Assembly: GCA_050952625.1 (NCBI GenBank)
Contig: JBMNLH010000001.1
Location: 1,669,503 to 1,733,502 of the forward strand
Length of the DNA stretch: 64,000 bases
Direction of reading: 5' to 3'
Source: Bacillota bacterium
GTDB lineage: Bacteria; Bacillota; Ch66; Ch109
Made by a program: the position numbers and the translations under genes. Shown in pieces: positions 29,327 through 38,755 of the stretch. The notes beneath the pieces were generated by a model. That model did no database searches and was not told where the DNA came from. It saw nothing but the letters and a program-made list of their open reading frames with translations. Position 1 is the first letter of the stretch, and the number at the start of each line of letters is the position of its first letter.

Positions 29327-29839
29327 TCAATCACAAAAACTTGATTTGTATTTCATCAGTGTATCTTCAACCTCGTGCCAAATTGTTACCGTTTCACCGT
29401 CATCCTCAAATACTTTACCGTGGCTCTTAGGTCCATCCAACTTCATCTGTGAGTAATTATTCTTAAAAGTAGGCACATACAGTTCAGGGTTGTTTTCGTC
29501 ACTGCATAAACGTTCCATCATATCTATGGTAGCACGACCTGTGGCAGCAACTGCCTTAAAATAAGCACGGATGATTTTGTGGTTATATTGATTCGGCTTT
29601 ACAGCCCATACTGGGATTCGTTGATTTGCTTTTCCGTAAAAATCCTTGTTTGTATCTTCATTCTGTTTTGCTACTGTTTTTGGGTTATAGGCTTGTGATG
29701 CTTTTTCAAAAGTTTTTGCAATATACCAACGCATACAACTTTCCACTGCAGCATCTTTTGTTTCATTTGTTAAATTCAATGCGATGCAGAATTTCTCATA
29801 CACATCTGCATCCACTGTAAAGGTCACGCTTTTATTCAT
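29327..29839 (-). CDS. Hypothetical protein with a ribbon-helix-helix-like N-terminus
   Basis: MNKSVTFTVDADVYEKF; SD GAGGTG; TTTGTA repeats upstream. Confidence 0.7.
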   Translation of the reverse strand: MNKSVTFTVDADVYEKFCIALNLTNETKDAAVESCMRWYIAKTFEKASQAYNPKTVAKQNEDTNKDFYGKANQRIPVWAVKPNQYNHKIIRAYFKAVAATGRATIDMMERLCSDENNPELYVPTFKNNYSQMKLDGPKSHGKVFEDDGETVTIWHEVEDTLMKYKSSFCD

Positions 29840-29980
29840 CGTTTACACCTCGCTATTTACTCTATTACAAATCATACCACTATTTTGTATTTTGTAAATA
29901 CTAATAAACTAATTTGTATTTACTTGTAAAAAACACCCTGCATTTCAGCAAGGTGTTAGATTCTAATAACATTTTGCTAT

Positions 29981-30545
29981 TCAATTTTCAATGTCTATAC
30001 TAATGCCTGACTTAAATTCCACCTCAATCCTGTCATCGTGGACCGTAACTTTTTCAATAAGCCGCCTTACTAACTGCTCATCATATTCCTCCAGCTCGCA
30101 GGATTGCTCATTCAAGAAATCAGTCATTTCAGCGATTCGTTGCCTTTTTCCTTCTCGCTCTGCATTTTCAACTAGTGCATTTTGCTTTAATTCCCGAAGG
30201 CGGTAAATTTCATCAGCCACATCTTCATAGTCATTCTTGGACTTTGCTTGGATAAGAAGCTGTTGTTGCAATTCTTCCAATTTGCCATCAAGGTCATCAG
30301 TGGCATTATCATTTTCTTCATTAAATACAGTAGCTATATTTTTCTGTAACGTGCCTGAGAGGAAGGGGTCTCTGTTTGCCAAAAGTTCGTTAATAGCCTT
30401 TACCACTGCTGTCTGTAATGTTTCCTCGGTTATGGTAGGGGCCGTGCATTCAGAGTCCTTCTCCTCCAGACGGCTGACGCATCGCCAAACAATTGACTTG
30501 TATCCTCGGTTATTCCAATGTACCCGTCTGTAAATATCACCGCAC
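29981..30545 (-). pseudogene. C-terminal remnant of a large serine recombinase (zinc ribbon + coiled coil)
   Basis: CGDIYRR..W....WRCVSR...C, LVRRLIEKVTV; cut at a TGT end of the adjacent IS21-like element. Confidence 0.88.
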
Positions 30546-30767
30546 TGTTTGAAACCGCGAATTTTCACGCGTTACCCCACGCCCGTTTCCGGGGCAAAAA
30601 GTGGTAGAGATTTAGCCCCCCCTACCGCATAAACTGCAGAAAATCTCAAAAGTTAAGCTAATCTTAGGATTTCGTGAGATTTTTTGCATCTATATAAAAC
30701 CGTTAATCGGCATAGTTTTCAAATTTGAGTATTAACCCTTTTCTAGAAAAGAGGTGAGTGTTTTAAT

Positions 30768-31457
30768 TTATCTGTCAGTCAAGCGAATGATCTGACAATT
30801 AGCTGTTATTCTGTCTAACAGAGTCTGACAAAGATGTTTGTCTTCCACTACATCTAACCATGCAGATATTTCACGATTGGTAACAAAAATGATACTTCTT
30901 GTTTCATTAAGAAAAGTAACTGCTCGATAAAAAGCCTGCAACTCTGACCTGGTTGGTGCTAGATAAAATACATCATCAATAATAATCAAGTCGCATTCCC
31001 GCATATAGGAGAAGGTTGCTCCTGCTTTTGGGTTTATATCTTTGTTCTCTACGATAGATACAAAAGTATCAATGGATGCATAATAAGTTTTATGTCCCTT
31101 GTCGATCGCTGTTTCTCCAAGATGAACAGCAAGACTAGTTTTGCCTGTCCCGCATTTACCAAGCAGAATAACGTTTTGTTCTTCATTGAGCCATGTCAAA
31201 TGGGATAATTGTTTTATCTGCCATTCCAAACCTTTGTTTAAATTCGATAATTCAAATACCTTGTTGGGAAGTTTGCTTGCCCTTCTTAGCTTGATCTGCT
31301 TTTGTCTGGCTCGTATCTCTAGTTCTTTATGTAATATCATCTGAAGATAATCTAGGTTGGACAGTTTCTCATCATTCAAATCAATATATCCCCTGGCAAT
31401 ATTCCATAGATTTAGCTTCTTAGCCAACTCGCGGATTTCAGTTATATCAGCCATCAA
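30768..31457 (-). CDS. istB: IS21 helper ATPase
   Basis: GKCGTGKT, IIDD, SIIFVTN, LLDRI. Confidence 0.9.
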   Translation of the reverse strand: MMADITEIRELAKKLNLWNIARGYIDLNDEKLSNLDYLQMILHKELEIRARQKQIKLRRASKLPNKVFELSNLNKGLEWQIKQLSHLTWLNEEQNVILLGKCGTGKTSLAVHLGETAIDKGHKTYYASIDTFVSIVENKDINPKAGATFSYMRECDLIIIDDVFYLAPTRSELQAFYRAVTFLNETRSIIFVTNREISAWLDVVEDKHLCQTLLDRITANCQIIRLTDR

Positions 31458-32124
31458 TTTCCCTCCTTATCTCCTTGCTACGTGTCAGATGGTTGAAATA
31501 CTGTTGATTTGGTAAGAACTTCTTTGCTATGTGCTCACCATGCTTATACATCATGTAGGCCAAAAGTTCATATGCATTGCAGCGTTCAATCTCAATGCAG
31601 TATCTTATCCCGTCAAGCATTTGCTCCATCGAATAAAACTTCGTCATGCGATTTAAGCGAATGCAATGGCTATTAGAATATTTTGGTTGTTCCTGTTCCA
31701 TGTGCTGTATAAATTCCTGAGCGATTTCATGCTCTGCAAAATATTGTTTTATAAGAGCATGAGAAACCCTGTTTCTGTTATTATTTCCTTCAGGTTTGAA
31801 TATCTGTCCAGTATCTTCTGTTACTGGATACTTAGCTAATAATTCATTAGTATCAGTATCATAAAACAGAAGTATTTCACCATCATCCTCAATACGTATA
31901 CGTTGATGTGCATCCATCACACCGACATCAATCTGATAACGATTCCCTTTATAGCTGACCACTCCATTGGAATCAAAGGATGCCACAGTACTTGATACCT
32001 CTGAATATGGTTTAACATGAAAAAGCTGTTTTTGTTCTTCAATAAACATTTCTCGTGGCACTTTTCTAGTCACAGTATGAACTCTCCCGTTGCCTTCTCT
32101 ATCCAACCATGCAAGAGCTGCACT
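31447..32124 (-). pseudogene. istA: IS21 transposase C-terminal part
   Basis: SAALAWLDREGNGRVHTVTRKVPREMF...VSYKGNRY, abutting transposon copy 2. Confidence 0.85.
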
Positions 32125-32295
32125 GCTAAAATGTCAAAAAGCTGATGGAATTGCCTGACCAGAGATTGCTGTATATAATGACCATATTATACAGAAAGGA
32201 AAAGACGCCCCTTTATAAGATGCTTTCCACGCCAATAGAAGCACCAAGGGCGTCCCCACTACTTAGTATGATCATTGTAGCAGAATATGAACTGA

Positions 32296-32817
32296 TTGAA
32301 AACCTTGAAAAGGGTGTTTTTTGTAAGGAGCGCGGAGCAGAATCCTTGTCCATGCTGTAATGGGTTATTGAAGGTTATTGGCAGCCGTCATCGCAGGTTC
32401 ATTAATGGCATAGGAAATAAAAATGTCCTAGTTATCCGTAGACTTCGTTGTCGTCATTGCCATCGGATACATCACGAACTTCCGGATATCCTGGTTCCAT
32501 ATAAACGCCATAGCAGCGAAAGCATTGAGTCGGTTATTTCCGGAAATGACGATCTGACGGTCGCAGCGGACGAGTCCACTATTGGCCGCTGGCGAAACTG
32601 GTTTGTAGAGTTATCTGATTATATCTTGGGCTGTTTAATATCCATAATGATAAGGTACGGAAGAGAATCTGTAGAAGGCATATCCAACCTTCCTAAGTCC
32701 ACGCTCCAAAGGATCTGGCATTATGTGGGGAATTCCCCCGGATGGCTAGCAAGAATTGTCCGACCGATAGTAAATTTAAATTTTTGGATACAGACCCGAT
32801 CTGCATTTTTGTCCTGA
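32296..32817 (+). CDS. DUF6431-like zinc-finger protein
   Basis: Same as 26864..27385 except one residue. Confidence 0.75.
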   Translation: MKTLKRVFFVRSAEQNPCPCCNGLLKVIGSRHRRFINGIGNKNVLVIRRLRCRHCHRIHHELPDILVPYKRHSSESIESVISGNDDLTVAADESTIGRWRNWFVELSDYILGCLISIMIRYGRESVEGISNLPKSTLQRIWHYVGNSPGWLARIVRPIVNLNFWIQTRSAFLS

Positions 32818-32867
32818 TGGGCAAGAGATAGACTCATGTTGAAACCTAAAAAAGGAGGATTTTCGGC

Positions 32868-34217
32868 ATGAGGGATAAGCAGAAAGCAGAAGAAATTGCG
32901 ATTCAGCGGGTTGAGTTATTGTCTCCTTTACTGGCTGAAGGTCTGGATACTGCCAAAGCTAGACAGATCAAAGCCACCATCTGTGAACAGACCGGCATAT
33001 CTGAGAGAACCCTCCGTAGATATCTGTCACAGTACAAAAAAGAAGGATTCGCTGGACTGCGGCCTAAAGGTAAAGGTTCAGGTCGAAAAAAGGAGGCGAT
33101 TCCCCCGAATGTTCTTGAACAGGCCATCCTGCTCCGGCGCGAGGTGCCAAGACGCAGTATCACCCAGATTATTCAGATCCTGGAATGGGAAGGACTAGTG
33201 AAACCAGGGCAGATCAAACGCAGTACCCTGCAGGAAAAGTTAGCCGAAAAAGGCTACAGCACTCGACAGATGAAGCTGTACGCCGATTATGGAGTAGCTG
33301 CCCGCCGATTCCAGAAACGGTATCGCAACCAACTCATCCATTCGGACATAAAATATGGGCCATATCTACCAATCGGTCCAAATGGCGAGAAGAAACAGGT
33401 ATACCTGGTTGTTTTCATTGATGACGCGACCCGTTATGTTTTGCATGCCCAGTTCTACCCGACCCTAGATCAGATCATCATCGAAGATGCCTTCCGACAG
33501 GTGATTATGAAATACGGGGCTCCGGACGCCGTCTACTTTGATAACGGAAAACAGTACCGCACCAAATGGATGACCCGGGCCTGCTCCAAAATGGGGATCC
33601 GTCTGGTATTTGCCAAACCCTACTCGCCGGAGGCCACTGGCAAGGTAGAAAAATTCAACAGAACAGTAGATTCGTTTTTTGCTGAAGCGCAGTTAGAAAA
33701 ACCGCAAACCTTAGATCGGCTCAACGAACTATTCTGGGTATGGCTAGATGAATGCTACCAAAACAAACCGCATTCTGCCTTAGGGAAAGATATCAGCCCG
33801 GCTGTAGCCTATAATAGTGACGCCAAACCAATCCGATTTCTGGATCCCGAAGTCATTAGAGACGCCTTCCTGCACTGTGAGGAACGTAAAGTTGATAAAT
33901 CAGGCTGCATCAGCTTCATGAATCAAAAGTACGAGGCTGGCCTAGCCTTCATTGGACGGACCGTTAACGTGGTCTATGATCCATCCGACACTTCAACCTT
34001 GACCCTAGAGTATGAAGGACATGCTCCGTGGACCGCTAAACAATTGGTGATTGGTGAACGAACCGGACCAAGGCCAAAACTACCGTCTCACCTGCAGCCA
34101 CAACCGGCTGAGAATTCCCGCCTTTTGGCCGCAGCCGAACAAAAGAACCAACAACGAAAAGAACGGCAGATCCCAGTGGTGTCCTACCGGAGAAAGGACG
34201 GTGGCCGCAATGTTTGA
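32868..34217 (+). CDS. DDE transposase
   Basis: Same protein as 25465..26814; SD AGGAGG. Confidence 0.93.
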   Translation: MRDKQKAEEIAIQRVELLSPLLAEGLDTAKARQIKATICEQTGISERTLRRYLSQYKKEGFAGLRPKGKGSGRKKEAIPPNVLEQAILLRREVPRRSITQIIQILEWEGLVKPGQIKRSTLQEKLAEKGYSTRQMKLYADYGVAARRFQKRYRNQLIHSDIKYGPYLPIGPNGEKKQVYLVVFIDDATRYVLHAQFYPTLDQIIIEDAFRQVIMKYGAPDAVYFDNGKQYRTKWMTRACSKMGIRLVFAKPYSPEATGKVEKFNRTVDSFFAEAQLEKPQTLDRLNELFWVWLDECYQNKPHSALGKDISPAVAYNSDAKPIRFLDPEVIRDAFLHCEERKVDKSGCISFMNQKYEAGLAFIGRTVNVVYDPSDTSTLTLEYEGHAPWTAKQLVIGERTGPRPKLPSHLQPQPAENSRLLAAAEQKNQQRKERQIPVVSYRRKDGGRNV

Positions 34218-35010
34218 GGAATTCTACGGATTGACTGCCTCACCATTTTCCAGGGACATCCCGACAGACCAACTTTTCACTCCTGCCATGTTAGAAGAAA
34301 CCCTGGGCCGGATGGAATACGCCGCCAAACGGCAGTTATTCATGGTGATCACCGGAGATTGCGGCACCGGCAAGACCACCATCATCCGTCGATTCAAGGA
34401 TACCCTTGATCCAGCCGCTTTTAAATTATTATATCTGGCGGACTCCAAACTGACACCCCGCCATTTCTATAAAGGGTTACTGGAGCAGCTCGGATGTGAG
34501 GCTAAGTTTTACCGTGGTGACGCCAAACGCCAGCTGCATCGCCAAATTGAACTCATGCGCGGCATCCATCATTTACAGCCAGTTGTCGTGGTAGATGAAA
34601 GCCACTTATTAGATCGTGAAATGCTGGAAGAAGTTCGCTTTCTACTCAACTTTCAAATGGATGCCGTCAGTCCTATGGCCCTTATCCTGGTTGGTCAAAG
34701 TGAATTATGGGATAGATTTCAATTACAGGCCTACGCGGCCATTCGGCAGCGGATTGACCTGCAGTGCAAACTCTCCCACTTTGATCGCTCCCAAGTCGAA
34801 ATGTATGTAAACCGACACCTTGCGTATGCTGGTGCGGACCGGGATATCTTCTCGGAGGCTGCGCTTGACGAGGTTTATCGGTTTTCCAGTGGTGCCGCCC
34901 GCCTGATCAACAAGGTTTGTACCCATTGCCTGATCTATGGGGCCCAAAACGGTCGTCGAATCATTGATGACCACATGGTGAAACTTGTGGTGCAGGGGGA
35001 ATTAGCATGA
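34210..35010 (+). CDS. ExeA/TnsC-like AAA ATPase
   Basis: Same as 24672..25472. Confidence 0.9.
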   Translation: MFEEFYGLTASPFSRDIPTDQLFTPAMLEETLGRMEYAAKRQLFMVITGDCGTGKTTIIRRFKDTLDPAAFKLLYLADSKLTPRHFYKGLLEQLGCEAKFYRGDAKRQLHRQIELMRGIHHLQPVVVVDESHLLDREMLEEVRFLLNFQMDAVSPMALILVGQSELWDRFQLQAYAAIRQRIDLQCKLSHFDRSQVEMYVNRHLAYAGADRDIFSEAALDEVYRFSSGAARLINKVCTHCLIYGAQNGRRIIDDHMVKLVVQGELA

Positions 35011-35327
35011 CGAGATTCTACTGCTCCTATTACTGGGGAGAAGGTGAGCGGGAAGACTGGGGAGGCAAAATAACCAGGATTCAGAGCTTTGGAAGTCACT
35101 ATGAGATCTTCATTCAGAGTCGGTCCAGCATCCTGCTCATGTTAGGAAGAACAACCACGGGAGTTTTCGCCTGCATCCCTGACCGCCAGGCCGGTTGTTG
35201 GCTCAGCAGTCCAGATGATATTCGTCATAACAGTGAAAAGCTCTCTAATGCAATAGACAATTTAGTCGATGGCATAACCGTGGCCTATGCCTATAAGGCT
35301 CTTTCCGACATCATAAGCCTAAAATAA
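35007..35327 (+). CDS. Transposon accessory protein (DUF6618-like)
   Basis: Same as 24355..24675 except G to S. Confidence 0.7.
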   Translation: MTRFYCSYYWGEGEREDWGGKITRIQSFGSHYEIFIQSRSSILLMLGRTTTGVFACIPDRQAGCWLSSPDDIRHNSEKLSNAIDNLVDGITVAYAYKALSDIISLK

Positions 35328-35334
35328 TCAATCA

Positions 35335-35382
35335 GCCCAAGGGATTCGCATTTCGTCTTTAGCGAACATGAATCCTTTGGGC
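35335..35382 (+). terminator. Hairpin after the last transposon gene
   Basis: GCCCAAGGGATTC...GAATCCTTTGGGC; also present in copy 1. Confidence 0.55.
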
Positions 35383-35513
35383 CTAAAACTGAACCAATAG
35401 TACAAAACCTTACCTTTTGGATTACTGGCACTAACATTGAATATCACCTTATTTTTGGTCATTGGCTCCGTCATATTTCGGACATTATACTCCGTCTATT
35501 GATGGACATTATG

Positions 35514-35665
35514 CTGCCTGTAACCCCTGGCATAATCCTCTTTGCTCATATTCCAGTATTTACTGACAGAAGTATAGGTGATCCCCAGCGCTTTAGCAGT
35601 CTTGGTCTGGGCAAGTCCAAGTTCTTTGTATTCTGGATTTTTTGGTATTGCTCGATACCGATCAT
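35514..35665 (-). pseudogene. istA: IS21 transposase N-terminal HTH fragment
   Basis: MIGIEQYQKIQ / YKELGLAQTKTAKALGITYTSVSKYWNM, frameshifted; SD AGGAGG. Confidence 0.75.
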
Positions 35666-36014
35666 GTGTTTTCCTCCTTTAGTTTGTTATTAAAGCTAGA
35701 ATACATGTAGCAACGCAAACATAGGCATCACCTCCCCGGATGCTTTTTCACTAAAATAAGGCTTTTGGGTCATTTACTGACTTCAAAAGCCTTATTTATA
35801 ACTCAATATTAAATTATTATGTTAACATAGCGCTTATATATTTGGTAAGACAATAAATCTGGTATGTTCATATAAGTCGAATTTTTTGAAATATTGTTCT
35901 CCTTTAATATTTGTACTTTTATACAACAGATTAGCTCTTGAGTCAGTCTAGAAGATATCTAATTATCTCTCATATATACAATCTTGTATGGTGTACGGTC
36001 AGAACAGTAAATCA

Positions 36015-38753
36015 TTATACATTCATACACCTTATCCAGCCCTTCTTGAGAAACTCTCTCTTCTCTTTTTTATCTAATACCTCCGAACAACTTTCCCAAT
36101 CTATATGTTCAACTCCCATATTGTACCTATTCTCAAATGGATGTTTTTCGGGTACATTATCTATTATCTCAAGAGCCTTCTCTTGCTCTCCTATGGCTAC
36201 ATTTATCCATACATCTTCGAGAACATCTGGCAATTGTCCAAATACATTATATATATTTCTTAATCTCTGAGATAATAAGTTATGAACCCTGTCTTCTACT
36301 GAATCTTTATATCTCATATTATAGACAAAAATAGTATCATGCACTTGTCCAATCCTTTGTATTCTCCCTTTCCTTTGCTCTAATCTTGTAGGATTCCAAG
36401 GTAAGTCAATGTTAATTAATGACCCAAGAGTTTGTAAGTTTAAGCCTTCACTTGCAGAATCTGTTCCAACAAGTATCCTCAAGTCTCTACTTTTTACCAT
36501 TGCTTTTAGCTCTTCTTTATCTTTTCTCTTAAATACTCCATCTATAAAAATACCAGACTTATCTCCTCCTGCATATAAGCCTATAGTTTCTCCATCAAAC
36601 TCCTTTGAAAGATTCTCAGCTATCCATTTTGCAGTATCAAAGTATTGAGAAAATATAATTGTACCCCTTTCAATCCAATTTTCATCTCGGAGTAGCTCCA
36701 CTGTTTTATCATACTTAGGGTCTGTTGCTTCACTGGTTTCAAGAGCTCTTACATACCTTTCTAATAGTTCTGTTTCCATAGGTGTAAGATTTTTTATATC
36801 AGATTCAATTTTAACCTCTTCTTCTTCCTCTGCTATCTCCTCCGATATTTCATCAAAGGATGTATTCCAACTATTCAACATTTTTAATCCTGTGTTTTTC
36901 CCTGCTTCTATAGAGCTTCCTATCCTCTTTAAAAGCAATGTTTTCAAAAAACCAGAGCTTTTTGACCTTTTTCCAAGTTCTATACAAAAGTCTTCAGCAT
37001 ATTCATATGCTTCTTTTAGGTAAGATGATAATACAAGAGCCTCATCATCTTCTCCTCTAAGGTCAACATCTATCCTCTTTAAATATGGTTCATTTGTTTC
37101 TGGATTTATAGTCTCTTCTAAGTATTTACGCTCTCTTCTAACAACATGTCTTATATAAGGATTATATTTTGCATAGAAGTCCCCAGTTAGTAATACTCCT
37201 ATTCTCTGAGCTTCTCCCCTGGTTAGTTCTATAAATGATTTCTTATACACAAACTCATGGTCCTTCATACCTGCTTTCATTCTAAGGGAAGCAAATGTGG
37301 CATTTTCATGGGCTGGTGGAAAGGGGTTTCTTATCCATTCCCAATTTTCAGGATTAAAAAACTCCATTTTTTCTTTTCCCATGATTAAGTTTAAACTATA
37401 AGCAATTTTACTTCTCTTTCTCCAATAAGAAGAAGCACTTCCAAGAACACTATCATTTTTTTGGGATAATATATTCAGCAAATCCCATAGTTCTATTGGA
37501 TACATTTGTATTGGAGTAGCTGTTGCAAGTAGCATACTTTTGGTTTTAGTTGATGCCTCTAATAAGAACTCATATAGATTATTAGGGTCAGGACTAAGGT
37601 GTTCCTTTCCTTCTCCTAAGTTCTTTCTTCTGGCCCTATGTGCCTCATCCACAATAATGCATTCATAATCCTTGCTTAATAGGTGTTCAATAATCGGTGA
37701 CTTAGCAACAATTAGACCTTGAGATATGATACCTACTCTACGGGGACATTTTTTTATATCCTCTAATCCACGATTAGGATATTCAAAACCATTTTCATCT
37801 ACCCAAACTTTACCATTCCATACAGCTGATGGCATATCTAATAGTGTATTCATTTCATCTTGCCATTGCCATATTAGGGTTTTGGGTACAATAATGAGTA
37901 TAGGTTTATCTCCATACAGAGCCATTAATTGTGCTGACATAGCAAGTTGAATTGTTTTTCCAAGTCCTACTTGGTCTGCTAATATATATCTTGCACCATG
38001 GGATTTCTTATGGTCCCTAAAAGCTAAATCTACAAAGTATTTTTGATGCTCCCATAGTCCTAAGTGTTCCCTGTAAACAGGAGATTCCACTGCTGTACTT
38101 GGGACTTCTACATCATCTTTTTCTCTCCATTCTTCAACGCTTTCTATAACTCTACGCTCCGAAATCCTTTTTATATCTTCTATTACAAAATCAGATAAGG
38201 GTATTGCTGATTTATCATTCCATAAGGCATCAAATTCTTCCTGAACCCAATCTACAGCTTCTTTAGAATCGTCTTCCCATACTAATTCATAATTTAAATC
38301 CCAACCGAATTTAGATTCATTTGCACTGCCTAAAAAAGATGTCTTAGAGCCATCTGCCATAGTAATTACCCCTGCTTTTCCATGAATAAGTCCAAACTTC
38401 TTATCAGGTAACACTCTCACTTCCATTTTTCCACTGGACAATAATTCATATAACTTTTTAAACCTATGAGATGAACCCGGGAGTTCCTCAGGCTTAAAAT
38501 CGCACCACTCTTTTCTCATGGCATTCTTAGCAAGTATAGCTGTTTGAACATCCCTTTCATCTAAGCCTGAATTACATATGACTCTAACTTTCCCTTCTAT
38601 TTTTTCTATTTCTTCACCAGCTACTTCAAGAATTGAAGAACTAAAATATCCAGCTATTCTATCGTATGATTTAGCGTTTTTTAGCTTTTTATTTAGAAGA
38701 GAGCCTGATAAAGACTCTCTTCTTGAAGAATATCGATTAATCATAGATTGCAC
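36015..38753 (-). CDS. PLD-like nuclease + SNF2 helicase (Gao_RL-type subunit D)
   Basis: YDRIAGYFSSS, IHGKAG, ADQVGLGKT, DEAH, SEGLNLQ, QRKGRIQRIGQ. Confidence 0.9.
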   Translation of the reverse strand: MQSMINRYSSRRESLSGSLLNKKLKNAKSYDRIAGYFSSSILEVAGEEIEKIEGKVRVICNSGLDERDVQTAILAKNAMRKEWCDFKPEELPGSSHRFKKLYELLSSGKMEVRVLPDKKFGLIHGKAGVITMADGSKTSFLGSANESKFGWDLNYELVWEDDSKEAVDWVQEEFDALWNDKSAIPLSDFVIEDIKRISERRVIESVEEWREKDDVEVPSTAVESPVYREHLGLWEHQKYFVDLAFRDHKKSHGARYILADQVGLGKTIQLAMSAQLMALYGDKPILIIVPKTLIWQWQDEMNTLLDMPSAVWNGKVWVDENGFEYPNRGLEDIKKCPRRVGIISQGLIVAKSPIIEHLLSKDYECIIVDEAHRARRKNLGEGKEHLSPDPNNLYEFLLEASTKTKSMLLATATPIQMYPIELWDLLNILSQKNDSVLGSASSYWRKRSKIAYSLNLIMGKEKMEFFNPENWEWIRNPFPPAHENATFASLRMKAGMKDHEFVYKKSFIELTRGEAQRIGVLLTGDFYAKYNPYIRHVVRRERKYLEETINPETNEPYLKRIDVDLRGEDDEALVLSSYLKEAYEYAEDFCIELGKRSKSSGFLKTLLLKRIGSSIEAGKNTGLKMLNSWNTSFDEISEEIAEEEEEVKIESDIKNLTPMETELLERYVRALETSEATDPKYDKTVELLRDENWIERGTIIFSQYFDTAKWIAENLSKEFDGETIGLYAGGDKSGIFIDGVFKRKDKEELKAMVKSRDLRILVGTDSASEGLNLQTLGSLINIDLPWNPTRLEQRKGRIQRIGQVHDTIFVYNMRYKDSVEDRVHNLLSQRLRNIYNVFGQLPDVLEDVWINVAIGEQEKALEIIDNVPEKHPFENRYNMGVEHIDWESCSEVLDKKEKREFLKKGWIRCMNV

Positions 38754-38755
38754 CC

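Larger units (their letters stand above)
32125..35513 (+). mobile_element. Four-gene transposable element, copy 2 (terminal tips missing)
   Basis: Near-identical inverted copy of 24155..27568 lacking the outer ~12 and ~14 bp; no TSD. Confidence 0.9.
30546..35827 (-). mobile_element. Disrupted IS21-family element
   Basis: istB plus two istA pieces. TGTT at 30546 truncates the recombinase. The right boundary (AACA 35827) is tentative and there is no TSD. Confidence 0.6.
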
